Source: an uncultured Lachnospiraceae bacterium (GTDB lineage Bacteria; Bacillota; Clostridia; UBA1381). From it: a DNA stretch of 64,000 bases. Below, one piece after another: positions 31,947 to 41,508 of the stretch (its first letter is position 1; each line of letters begins with the position of its first letter). The notes beneath the pieces are model-generated. The model saw only the letters and a program-made list of their open reading frames with translations. It did no database searches and was not told where the DNA came from. A program made the position numbers and the translations under genes. Where the stretch lies: the NCBI GenBank assembly GCA_964399965.1, contig CAYNRX010000006.1, positions 2,588-66,587 on the forward strand. Reading direction: 5' to 3'.

Positions 31947-32127
31947 GAGACCTCTCCTCTCTTCCCCTTTTCGTTTTTATAAAAGCTTAATATTTTGGTG
32001 CTTGTTTTTATTATCATTTTCTGCTATAATAATATTATAGTATAAAACCTAAAGAATATCAATAGAAAATTCAAAATTTTTTGAACATTTTACATAAAAT
32101 TTAAGAAAAGAAAGGATGAAGAGAGCA

Positions 32128-33288
32128 ATGAAAGCTCTGCTTGTTTCAGTGAAAGCTGGTTATGGACATCATTCAGCAGCCAGGGCGGTCATAGAATGCT
32201 TTGAAAAGCACGGCGCTGAATGTTCGATGATAGACCTGTTCCAATGCGTCAGCCCGGTGTTGGAGGACGGAGTGCAGGATGGGTATTTATTTTTGACAAA
32301 ATATATGTCGAGATTATACGGAAAGACATATGACCAGCTGGCGAAAAAGGAAACTCCATATGACAGCCTGTCAGCCATACAGATAGCCAATAAGCTGATT
32401 TCCAAAAAGGTGGAAACGATATTCAAGGGCTGCGGCGCAGACGTCATAATCGCCACCCACAGCTTTGCGGCGATGGTTATGACTATCCTTAAGGAACGGG
32501 GAATTATTGATTGTCCGGTCTACGGTATAGTGACCGATTTCACGGTGCATCCCCTGTGGGAAAGCAGCCGGCTGGACTATTACGTGACGCCCGATAAGCT
32601 CCTTACAAGGCAGATGGAGAAAAAGGGAATCCCGCGTGAAAAGGTGCTGCCGTTGGGGATACCGGTGCGGGGAGTATTCGGCAAGAGGCTGCCGCAGAAG
32701 GAGGCGCGTCTGCGGCTGGGGATCGAGGATAAAAGGACTGTACTTATCATGATGGGGTCGATGGGATTCGGCAACATGGCCGGCTTTTTGGAAAGCGTGG
32801 ACGAGCTGGCGTTGGATTTCCAGGTGCTGTGTGTCTGCGGAAACAATAAGCGTGCCAAAAAGCAGATAGACGCCAAGGAATGGAACAAGACTGTATACAG
32901 CTATGATTTTATCGATTATGTCGATCTGCTGATGGACGCGTCAGACGTGCTGATCACCAAGCCCGGCGGCCTTACAACGTCTGAAGCGTTGGCTAAGGGA
33001 TTGCCGTTGATAATAACCAACCCCATTCCCGGGCAAGAGGGAAGAAATATGGAATTTCTCGTAAACGCGGGAGCGGCCATACAGGTCAGCCGCACATTTG
33101 GCGTGGATGAAGCTCTTTATCAGATATTTTATTCCGACTGGCGGCTTGATACCCTTAAGGACAGCGTCCGCCACATAGGAAAACCCAATGCGGCGGAGGA
33201 TCTATATCAGTTTATTGATAAGCAGCTGTCGGGGATCGAGAGTGATACAGCGGCCATCGAGACCGGGGAAGAGCTTCCCGCATTCTGA
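32128..33288 (+). CDS. MGDG-synthase/UgtP-like diacylglycerol glycosyltransferase (GT28)
   Basis: MKALLVSVKAGYGHHSAARA N-terminus and KPGGLTTSEALAKGLP C-terminal motif. The start is ambiguous (32116 or 32128). Confidence 0.7.
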   Translation: MKALLVSVKAGYGHHSAARAVIECFEKHGAECSMIDLFQCVSPVLEDGVQDGYLFLTKYMSRLYGKTYDQLAKKETPYDSLSAIQIANKLISKKVETIFKGCGADVIIATHSFAAMVMTILKERGIIDCPVYGIVTDFTVHPLWESSRLDYYVTPDKLLTRQMEKKGIPREKVLPLGIPVRGVFGKRLPQKEARLRLGIEDKRTVLIMMGSMGFGNMAGFLESVDELALDFQVLCVCGNNKRAKKQIDAKEWNKTVYSYDFIDYVDLLMDASDVLITKPGGLTTSEALAKGLPLIITNPIPGQEGRNMEFLVNAGAAIQVSRTFGVDEALYQIFYSDWRLDTLKDSVRHIGKPNAAEDLYQFIDKQLSGIESDTAAIETGEELPAF

Positions 33289-34125
33289 AAATATAAGCTT
33301 GTAACAGTAAAGCGTCTGGTGTGAGAGACCGGGCGCTTTTTTTGCGCCGTATTTGACGTCCCCTGACAGCGGATGCCCGATATGCGCAAGCTGAGCGCGT
33401 ATTTGATGCGTCCTCCCGGTAGAAAGCTCTACCTCAACTAGAGAATCTACTCCCAGCTCGCTTATCACCCGGTAGGAGGAAAGGACGTTTTTCGCTCCCG
33501 GTACCGGTTTATCAAATACCTTGACCGACTTGTCTCCGCGCAAAAGCCAGCCGGAAAGCGTCCCCGATTTTTCCCGGAAATGCCCCTCGGCCAGGCAGAG
33601 GTAAAATTTACCTATTCGCCGCTCGCGGATCAATTCGTTTATCCCTCGCAGGGCGGCGGCGTTTTTAGCGGCGATCACCAGGCCGCCGGTATTGCGGTCG
33701 AGACGGTTGGCAAGGGCGGGAGTGAAGCTATTTTCCGATTGCGGGGAATATTCGCCCTTTTTTATCAGATAGGAAAGGACGCGGCCGATCAGCGTATCCT
33801 CGGTACCCATGTCGTCGGCATGAACCACAAGTCCGGGCGGCTTGTCCACTATCAGCAGATCCTGATCCTCATAGACTACCGAAAGTGGCCGGTCGGAGGT
33901 CTTGGGGGCGGCTTTTGAGAAAAATTCATCCTTGAAATACAGCGTAAGCTCGTCACCCTCGCGAAGGATAACAGAGCCGTCCTTGGCGTGACGGCCGTTT
34001 AAGCGCACGCAGTTTTTGCGCAGCCCTTTATATAGCAGGGAACGGGGAAGCGAAGGCATGGATTTGGTGAGGAATTTATCAAGCCTCTGTCCGCTGTCAT
34101 TTTTTTGTATCAGGATCGTTTTCAT
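33202..34125 (-). CDS. RluA-family pseudouridine synthase with an S4 domain
   Basis: S4-like N-terminus QRLDKFL... and catalytic motif NRLDRNTGGLV. Confidence 0.85.
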   Translation of the reverse strand: MKTILIQKNDSGQRLDKFLTKSMPSLPRSLLYKGLRKNCVRLNGRHAKDGSVILREGDELTLYFKDEFFSKAAPKTSDRPLSVVYEDQDLLIVDKPPGLVVHADDMGTEDTLIGRVLSYLIKKGEYSPQSENSFTPALANRLDRNTGGLVIAAKNAAALRGINELIRERRIGKFYLCLAEGHFREKSGTLSGWLLRGDKSVKVFDKPVPGAKNVLSSYRVISELGVDSLVEVELSTGRTHQIRAQLAHIGHPLSGDVKYGAKKAPGLSHQTLYCYKLIFSECGKLFPGLDGRCITLDPRQLLINKLI

Positions 34126-34307
34126 AGGGCGCCAGCCTTTCCTTATTTGTATAGATATATAATACCATATACGGTGGAATTTTGCAATACATATTAATAA
34201 TTGAAAAACGTACTTGAAAAACGTAAAATTTTATTATATAATTAAGGCAGCAGCTATCAAGAGGGATAGAATTGTATCCTTTAAAACAAGTACGGGAGGT
34301 AACAGGT

Positions 34308-35072
34308 ATGGAGTTAAACGTAAAACGAGACGGGCTTACGTTAAGGGGCGATATGCTCAAACCAAGCGATACATATGTTGGGCCGGCGGCAGTGATATTC
34401 CATGGGCTTATGAGCGATCGTGGAAATCCCAGATATAACATGTTTACATATCTGGCGGACAAACTTGTAGAGAGCGGTATCGCCGTGTTAAAATTTGATT
34501 TTAACGGTCACGGCAGCAGTGACGGTGATTTTATCGATATGAATGTATTCAATGAAATACTCGATGCGGCTAAAATAATCGATTATATAAGAGCGCAGGA
34601 TTGGGTGCGGGATATTTATATAGTTGGTCATTCGCAGGGCGCTCTTGTCGGTGGAATGATAGCCGGTTATTACCGTGAATATATAAAAAAACTGGTAATG
34701 CTGGCTCCGGCTGCATCCATTAAGGACGACGCGCTGAATGGCTCGTGCTTTGGAGTGAAATATGACAGCTACAATATACCCGAATATATGCCGATGAAAA
34801 ATGTTGAGAATAAGGAGTTCAAACTGGGCGGCTTGTACTTCCGTATCGCAAAAACACTGCCTATATATGAGACAACTTCCATGTTCAAAGGGGAAACGCT
34901 GATCATCCATGGCAGCGCAGACGAGGCTGTGAGCGTTGAGGGATCAAAACGGTATGCGGAATGTATGGACAATGTGACGCTTAAGATCATAGAGGGAGAG
35001 ACGCACGGGCTGGATACGATATCCCTTGACAGCGTAATTGCCGATGTGGCAGATTTTTTGATAAGTGACTAA
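34308..35072 (+). CDS. Alpha/beta hydrolase
   Basis: GHSQG nucleophile elbow and C-terminal HG. ATG 34308 follows GGGAGG. Confidence 0.75.
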   Translation: MELNVKRDGLTLRGDMLKPSDTYVGPAAVIFHGLMSDRGNPRYNMFTYLADKLVESGIAVLKFDFNGHGSSDGDFIDMNVFNEILDAAKIIDYIRAQDWVRDIYIVGHSQGALVGGMIAGYYREYIKKLVMLAPAASIKDDALNGSCFGVKYDSYNIPEYMPMKNVENKEFKLGGLYFRIAKTLPIYETTSMFKGETLIIHGSADEAVSVEGSKRYAECMDNVTLKIIEGETHGLDTISLDSVIADVADFLISD

Positions 35073-35151
35073 CGACAGGATACAATTTACGTTGGTTGTT
35101 GTAATTATTTTTGTGGGATGATTGAAAAGTATAAGGAAAGGAAGTAATGCA

Positions 35152-36618
35152 ATGGAAACTTACTTAAATGCTATTGACGAAGTTATAAAAAATGGCAAAT
35201 ACAAGGATGATTGGCGTTCCCTTTATCAATACGAGGTTCCGGAATGGTACAAAAAAGCGCGATTCGGGATATTCATACATTGGGGCATATATTCCGTTCC
35301 CGCGTATGACAGCGAGTGGTACGCAAGAAATATGTATATACAAGGGAGCAAAGCATATGAGCATCATGTAAAGGTATACGGTGAACAAAAGGATTTCGGA
35401 TACAAGGATTTTATTCCGCTCTTTAAGGCGGAGAAATTTGATCCGGCCGAGTGGGCGGAGCTGTTTAAAAAAGCGGGAGCGCAGTATGTGATGCCGGTGG
35501 CCGAGCATCATGATGGCTTCCAAATGTATGATAGCGATATATCGGAATGGAACGCAAAGAAAATGGGGCCGTGCCGTGACGTTTTGGGCGAGATATTCGA
35601 GGAATGCCGCGCGCGGGATATTGTATGCTGTGCTTCGAGCCATAGGGTCGAGCATTGGTTTTTCATGGGGCACGGAAAAGAATTTGAATCTGATATAAAG
35701 GAGCCGCTAAAACGCGGGGATCTGTACTGGCCATCGATGCCTGAGCCGGATCATATGGATATAAATTCGGAGCCTGCGCCAACGAAAGAATTTCTTGACG
35801 ACTGGCTTGTGCGCTGCTGCGAGATAGTGGATAAGTACAGACCGAGGAGCATATATTTCGATTGGTGGATAGTACATAGTGCTCTAAAGCCGTATTTGAA
35901 AAAATTTGCCGCTTATTATTATAACAGGGCTGAGGAATGGGGAGAAGGCGTTGTTATAAATTATAAGCTGGACGCGTTTCCTTTCGGGACAGCGGTGCTT
36001 GATATTGAGCGCGGTCAATTTGCGGACGCCAAGCCTTTTATATGGCAGACCGATACGGCTGTCGCTCTGAATTCGTGGGGATACACCGAAAACAATAAAT
36101 ATAAACGGACGTCACAGCTCGTTTGCGATCTTGTTGATATCGTAAGCAAAAACGGCCGGCTTCTGTTGAACATCGGGCCGAAGGCGGACGGAACTATCCC
36201 TGAGGATGACAGGCGGATACTTCTGGAGATCGGAGAATGGCTGAAGATAAACGGCGAAGCGATATATGATTCCCGGCCGTGGAAAATAGCGTCAGAAGGG
36301 CCGGCTGTTATGCGCGACGGTGATTTTGCAGACGCTGAGGAGAAGATATTCACAAGCGAGGATTTCCGTTTTATGGTGAAGGATTCAAGCGTTTACGCCG
36401 TTTGCATGAATATGAAGGATCGCGATGAGGTATTGATAAAGGCGTTTGCCGATAGGACAGGGAAACATGCGGCATTCTTTGCCGACAATATACGTTCGGT
36501 AAAACGTCTTGGCTCTGACACAGCGCCGGAATGGGAGCGTACCGGGAGCGGACTCCGGATAAGGACAGAGGCTGTACGGACGGATATGCCGGTGGTGTTC
36601 AGGATAGACACTGAATGA
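35152..36618 (+). CDS. Alpha-L-fucosidase (GH29)
   Basis: ARFGIFIHWGIYSVPA and HHDGF motifs. ATG 35152 follows AAGGAAAGGAAG. Confidence 0.85.
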   Translation: METYLNAIDEVIKNGKYKDDWRSLYQYEVPEWYKKARFGIFIHWGIYSVPAYDSEWYARNMYIQGSKAYEHHVKVYGEQKDFGYKDFIPLFKAEKFDPAEWAELFKKAGAQYVMPVAEHHDGFQMYDSDISEWNAKKMGPCRDVLGEIFEECRARDIVCCASSHRVEHWFFMGHGKEFESDIKEPLKRGDLYWPSMPEPDHMDINSEPAPTKEFLDDWLVRCCEIVDKYRPRSIYFDWWIVHSALKPYLKKFAAYYYNRAEEWGEGVVINYKLDAFPFGTAVLDIERGQFADAKPFIWQTDTAVALNSWGYTENNKYKRTSQLVCDLVDIVSKNGRLLLNIGPKADGTIPEDDRRILLEIGEWLKINGEAIYDSRPWKIASEGPAVMRDGDFADAEEKIFTSEDFRFMVKDSSVYAVCMNMKDRDEVLIKAFADRTGKHAAFFADNIRSVKRLGSDTAPEWERTGSGLRIRTEAVRTDMPVVFRIDTE

Positions 36619-36710
36619 GAAGGCGGCGCAGAAAACACCGTGGTTTTGCGGAAGGTAAATAGGCCGGGATATATGAATGGTCGGGGAGTAAATGTTTGGT
36701 GAAAAAGAAT

Positions 36711-36754
36711 AGCTGCCGGTTAGCGGTTATGACCGTTGACCGGCAGCTTTTTTT
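36711..36754. terminator. Bidirectional terminator between the fucosidase gene and the hydrogenase operon
   Basis: A 10-bp stem AGCTGCCGGT / ACCGGCAGCT followed by T7, with an A/T-rich left flank. Confidence 0.7.
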
Positions 36755-36783
36755 CAGATCAAATGCTCTGAACCGTTTTTAAC

Positions 36784-38526
36784 TTATTTGTTGTCAAAAA
36801 GCGGCCTTTTTGTATATGTCGTATGCAGAAGCTCGTGCGCCTTGTGAGAACCGGGAGTTTCCAGATAATCTCTGTACAAGAGCTTGATATCGGGATTTTC
36901 GTGGCTCTTTCTGACAGAGGAATTGGCGTCCTCGCTGTAAAGAGCCTTTGCCCGCTCGGCTTTCACGTCAACGTCCATCCAGGTCTTGGCGGAGCATATC
37001 GGCTGTCCGCCGCCGGTAACGCAGCCGCCTGGACAGGCCATTATCTCGATGAAATCATACTCAGCTTCGCCGGAACGTATGGAATTTAACAGCCGTCTGG
37101 CATTGCCCAAGCCGTGAGCGACTGCGGCGCGTACGGTCATATCACCTATCTGTACATTGGCTGTCTTTATGCCGTCAGTACCTCTTACGGCGTGATACTC
37201 AACGTTTTCCAGCGATTGGCCGCTAACTATCTCGGAGACCGTTCTTAACGCCGCCTCCATAACGCCGCCGGTCGCGCCAAAGATAACGCCTGCGCCGGAC
37301 GCTCTTTCAAACGGCTGATCGAAATCCTCGTTGGGCAGCTCGGTGAAGTTAATGCCGTTCTCCTTTATCATGCGCGCCAGCTCGCGGGTGGAGATGACGA
37401 TATCCACATCCCGCAAACCGTTTGAATTAAGCTCCGGCCGCCCGGCCTCGAATTTCTTGGCCACGCAGGGCATTACCGATACGACAACGATACTGTCGGG
37501 ATCTATATCATTTTTCTCAGCGTAATATGATTTCAATATTGCGCCGAACATCTCATGCGGCGATTTGCAGCTTGAGAGGTTGTCGAGAAAATCAGGGAAG
37601 TTGTGCTCGCAGAATTTTATCCAGCCGGGGCTGCAGGAGGTTATCATCGGCAGCTTGCCGCCTTTTTTTATACGCTCCAAAAGCTCCGTGCCCTCTTCCA
37701 TTATCGTAAGGTCTGCGCCGGTATCGGTGTCGAATACCCTGTCGAAGCCCATGCGTCTAAGAGCGGCGGCCATCTTACCGGTGACCGGAGTGCCCATCGG
37801 GTAACCGAACTCTTCGCCGAGGGCGGCTCTTACGGCAGGAGCCGTCTGTACTATCACGTACTTGTGCGGATCGGCTATCGCCTCCCATACCTCGTCGGTG
37901 TTGTCGCGCTCGCGCAGAGCGCCTACGGGACAAGCGGCTATGCATTGGCCGCAGTTTACGCAGGAAGTCTCCGCCAAAGGCTTGTCAAATGCGCAGGCTA
38001 CCTTGGTGGAAAAGCCTCGCTCCATCGTATCGATAGCGCCTACCGTCTGGATGTTTTTGCAGACGTTTACACAGCGGCGGCAGAGTATGCACTTGTTGTC
38101 GTCGCGGATTATCGACGGCGACAGATCGTCTATCTCAAAATGGTTCTGTACTCCCTCGAACGGTATCTCATCGATACCCAGATCCTCGCAAAGTTTTTGC
38201 AGCTCGCAGTTGCGGCTGCGGACGCAGGTGAGACATTTGCGGTCGTGGCTTGAGAGGATAAGCTCCAGCGTAGCTTTCCTGGCGGCCTTTACCTTCGGAG
38301 AATGCGTAAGCACCTCAAGACCCTCGGATACCGGATATATGCAGGCGGCCTGCAAGCTCCTGGCTCCCTTTACCTCCACCACGCACATGCGGCAGGCGCC
38401 GATCTGGCATACATCCTTAAGGTAGCAAAGAGTGGGTATGTCGATGCCGGCCTGTCTGGCTGCTTCCAAAACGGTATATTCTTCGGGAACGGTTATCTCC
38501 CGGTGATTTATTTTCAGCGTTACCAT
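36784..38526 (-). CDS. [FeFe] hydrogenase catalytic subunit (HydA/HndD-type)
   Basis: N-terminal 2Fe-2S and 4Fe-4S Cys motifs. H-cluster signatures TSCSPGW, MPCVAKK and IEIMACPGGCVTGGGQP. Confidence 0.92.
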   Translation of the reverse strand: MVTLKINHREITVPEEYTVLEAARQAGIDIPTLCYLKDVCQIGACRMCVVEVKGARSLQAACIYPVSEGLEVLTHSPKVKAARKATLELILSSHDRKCLTCVRSRNCELQKLCEDLGIDEIPFEGVQNHFEIDDLSPSIIRDDNKCILCRRCVNVCKNIQTVGAIDTMERGFSTKVACAFDKPLAETSCVNCGQCIAACPVGALRERDNTDEVWEAIADPHKYVIVQTAPAVRAALGEEFGYPMGTPVTGKMAAALRRMGFDRVFDTDTGADLTIMEEGTELLERIKKGGKLPMITSCSPGWIKFCEHNFPDFLDNLSSCKSPHEMFGAILKSYYAEKNDIDPDSIVVVSVMPCVAKKFEAGRPELNSNGLRDVDIVISTRELARMIKENGINFTELPNEDFDQPFERASGAGVIFGATGGVMEAALRTVSEIVSGQSLENVEYHAVRGTDGIKTANVQIGDMTVRAAVAHGLGNARRLLNSIRSGEAEYDFIEIMACPGGCVTGGGQPICSAKTWMDVDVKAERAKALYSEDANSSVRKSHENPDIKLLYRDYLETPGSHKAHELLHTTYTKRPLFDNK

Positions 38527-38541
38527 TAAACCTTTCCTCCC

Positions 38542-40335
38542 TTATTTGTGTATTGCCTTAAACGGGCATTTGGTGATACATACGCCGCACTTGATGCACT
38601 TGTCGGGATCGATCGTAAACGGCGACTTTATCTCTCCGCTTATCGCTTCTACCGGGCAGTTCTTTGCACAGATGCTGCATCCCTTACATTTGTTGGGGTC
38701 GATCTCGTAGTGCGAAAGCGCCTTACAGACTCCGGCCGGACATTTCTTGTCTCTAACGTGGGCTATGTATTCATCGCGGAAATAACGCAGCGTGCTGAGG
38801 ACGGGATTGGGCGCGGTCTGTCCCAGTCCGCACAATGCCGAAGCCTTTATGCTGTTGCAAAGCTCCTCTAAACGATCCAGATCCTCCATTGTGCCCTGAC
38901 CTTCGGTTATCTTTGTCAATATTTCCAGCATTCTGCGCGTGCCTATTCGGCAGGGGGCGCATTTTCCGCAGGATTCGTCAACAGTAAATTCGAGGAAAAA
39001 CTTGGCTATATCCACCATACAGTTGTCCTCGTCCATAACGATAAGACCGCCCGAACCCATCATTGAACCGATAGCGGTCAGCGAATCGTAGTCGATGGGC
39101 GTATTTATAAGAGAGGCCGGTATACAGCCGCCGGAAGGTCCGCCGGTCTGAGCAGCCTTGAATTTCTTGCCGCCGGGGATGCCGCCGCCTATGTCCTCTA
39201 CTATCTCGCGGAGCGTGGTGCCCATAGGCACTTCCACGAGACCGGTGTTGTTTATCTTGCCGCCGAGAGCGAACACCTTGGTGCCCTTGGACTTTTCTGT
39301 GCCCAGCTTTGCATACCATGCTCCGCCCTTGGAAAGGATTATCGGTATGTTTGCATAGGTCTCTACGTTATTAAGAAGAGTCGGTTTGCCCCATAGACCC
39401 TTTACGGCCGGGAACGGCGGACGGCAGCGCGGCTCTCCGCGGTGACCCTCGATAGAAGTCATCAGAGCCGTTTCCTCTCCGCAGACGAAAGCTCCCGCAC
39501 CCAGGCGTATCTCCAGATCAAACGAGAAGTCGGTGCCCAGTATATTTTCGCCCAAAAGGCCGTAATCCCTGGCCCGGGCTATCGCTATCTTAAGCCGCTC
39601 CACCGCTATCGGATATTCGGCGCGGATGTAAACGTAGCCCATATCGGCACCTACTGTGTAGGCTGCGATAGACATTGCTTCAATAACGGAATGGGGATCG
39701 CCCTCAAGGATCGAACGATCCATAAATGCGCCGGGGTCACCCTCATCGGCGTTGCAGCAGACATATTTCTGCTCGCCCTCGGCAGCGCGGGTGAAATTCC
39801 ACTTCATCCAGGTAGGGAAACCGCCGCCGCCGCGGCCGCGAAGACCGCTCGTCTTAAGCTCGTTTATAACGTCGTCCGGCGTCATTTCGGTAAGAACCTT
39901 GGTAAGCGCCTTATAGCCGCCTGCAGCTATGTATTCGTCTATATTTTCCGGGTCGATAACGCCGGCGTTGCGAAGAGCGATCCTGCGCTGCTTTTTGTAA
40001 AAGCCGGTGTCGGAAAGGCTCTTTATATCTCCGTTTTCATGCACGGTCTCCTGATACAAAAGCCTTGTTACCATACGTCCCTTTAAGATGTGTTCCTCTA
40101 CTATCTCTTTTATATCCTCCGGTTTTACCATGCTGTAGAAAGCTCCGGCCGGATATACAATCATTATCGGCCCCAGTGCGCACAGGCCAAAGCAGCCCGT
40201 CTTTATTACCTTTATCTCGTCCTGAAGTCCGTGTGCTTCAAGCTGCTTATGAAGCTCGTCTACGATCTTCTGGCAGCCTGAGGAGGTGCAGCCCGTTCCG
40301 CCGCAGCACAATACCTGCCCTGTGATTGTTCCCAT
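38542..40335 (-). CDS. NuoF-like NAD(P)H-binding flavoprotein subunit of the hydrogenase (HydB/HndC-type)
   Basis: GLRGRGGGGFPT FMN site, ESCGKCAPCR, and two C-terminal ferredoxin-type CxxCxxCxxxCP motifs. Confidence 0.9.
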   Translation of the reverse strand: MGTITGQVLCCGGTGCTSSGCQKIVDELHKQLEAHGLQDEIKVIKTGCFGLCALGPIMIVYPAGAFYSMVKPEDIKEIVEEHILKGRMVTRLLYQETVHENGDIKSLSDTGFYKKQRRIALRNAGVIDPENIDEYIAAGGYKALTKVLTEMTPDDVINELKTSGLRGRGGGGFPTWMKWNFTRAAEGEQKYVCCNADEGDPGAFMDRSILEGDPHSVIEAMSIAAYTVGADMGYVYIRAEYPIAVERLKIAIARARDYGLLGENILGTDFSFDLEIRLGAGAFVCGEETALMTSIEGHRGEPRCRPPFPAVKGLWGKPTLLNNVETYANIPIILSKGGAWYAKLGTEKSKGTKVFALGGKINNTGLVEVPMGTTLREIVEDIGGGIPGGKKFKAAQTGGPSGGCIPASLINTPIDYDSLTAIGSMMGSGGLIVMDEDNCMVDIAKFFLEFTVDESCGKCAPCRIGTRRMLEILTKITEGQGTMEDLDRLEELCNSIKASALCGLGQTAPNPVLSTLRYFRDEYIAHVRDKKCPAGVCKALSHYEIDPNKCKGCSICAKNCPVEAISGEIKSPFTIDPDKCIKCGVCITKCPFKAIHK

Positions 40336-40359
40336 AGCTATACTCCCTTCGTGTTGGTC

Positions 40360-40713
40360 TTATATCGCATATTCTTCGACTATCTGTCCGCCGATCAAAT
40401 GCTTTTCCACTATCTCTACCGCTTTTTCCGGTGTAAGATGGACGTAAGTCGTGCTTTCCCCGTCCTTGGTCACAACGGCCACCGGCTCCATGGAGCACAG
40501 CCCCATACAGCCTGACTGTTTTACCATAACATCATCGAGCTTATCAGAATAGACCTCAGATACGAAAGCCTTCAAGACCTCGCGGGCGCCGGATTCGATC
40601 CCGCATTCTCCCATGCTGACCATTACCACCGGCCCTCTGTGCGGCTTGCGCATAGCGATGATATGACGCTGGGATCTTCTTATCTGTTCAAGCTCTTCTA
40701 TAGTTTTCTTCAT
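40360..40713 (-). CDS. Thioredoxin-like [2Fe-2S] ferredoxin subunit (HndB-type)
   Basis: Small ORF within the operon. ATG 40713 follows AAGGAG, whereas the track GTG 40722 lies next to the SD. Confidence 0.65.
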   Translation of the reverse strand: MKKTIEELEQIRRSQRHIIAMRKPHRGPVVMVSMGECGIESGAREVLKAFVSEVYSDKLDDVMVKQSGCMGLCSMEPVAVVTKDGESTTYVHLTPEKAVEIVEKHLIGGQIVEEYAI

Positions 40714-40725
40714 AGCAAACACTCC

Positions 40726-41214
40726 TTACTGATATTTCTTGAGAATGTCCTCGACGTCGTCCGGCGTCAGTCTGCCGTATACATCGTCATTTATGGTAAT
40801 TACCGGCGCCAGGCCGCAGGCTCCGATGCAGCGCGTGGCATCGATGGAAAACCTGCCGTCGGGAGTGCATTCTCCGACGTCTATGCCTAAAAGCTCCTTG
40901 ACCTTCTCCAATATCTCGCCCGATCCCTTAACGTAGCAGGCCGTACCCAGACAGACGCCTATTTTGTATTCGCCCTTCGGATACAGGGAAAACTGCGTGT
41001 AGAACGTAACTATCCCGTAAACCTCCGCCAGCGGTACGCCGAGCTTTTCGGCGATCATCTTCTGCACCTCTTCGGGAAGATAGCCGTATATCTCCTGCGC
41101 CTCGTGCAGCACAGGAATGACCGCCCCGTCCTGATCTTTGTGAGCGTCGATGACTGCCAGAAGCTTTTGTTCCTGCTCCGGAGTTCCGCGGAACGGCACA
41201 GTGTTGTGTTTCAT
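40726..41214 (-). CDS. NuoE-like [2Fe-2S] subunit (HydC/HndA-type)
   Basis: CLGTACYVKG...CIGACGLAP cluster motif. ATG 41214 follows AGGAGG. Confidence 0.88.
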   Translation of the reverse strand: MKHNTVPFRGTPEQEQKLLAVIDAHKDQDGAVIPVLHEAQEIYGYLPEEVQKMIAEKLGVPLAEVYGIVTFYTQFSLYPKGEYKIGVCLGTACYVKGSGEILEKVKELLGIDVGECTPDGRFSIDATRCIGACGLAPVITINDDVYGRLTPDDVEDILKKYQ

Positions 41215-41430
41215 AGCTTGCAAACCTCCTGTTATTTTATGCATGTTATATTCACATCTTTTTTATTATGTCATTTTTTTCGCCGACCGTCTATAGATTT
41301 TCGGCTTTGTTTACATTTCAAATTAGCTAAATTTTTCGGGATTTTTTGTGCAGATTAACCATAGATACTGTTTTGTTTTTCCTGTTTTTGTCGTTTATAT
41401 ATGTCATTTACTCTAAAAGTTGCACTGGGA

Positions 41431-41489
41431 ATATGAAAATACCGCCTATATTGAGGCTGATATCAAACCTTGCTTGATATAGGCGGTAT
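41431..41489 (-). terminator. Hairpin after the L,D-transpeptidase gene
   Basis: A 13-bp stem ATACCGCCTATAT / ATATAGGCGGTAT with a 25-nt loop. The T tract is weak. Confidence 0.4.
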
Positions 41490-41508
41490 CGGGTATTTAG
41501 CTGTTGCT

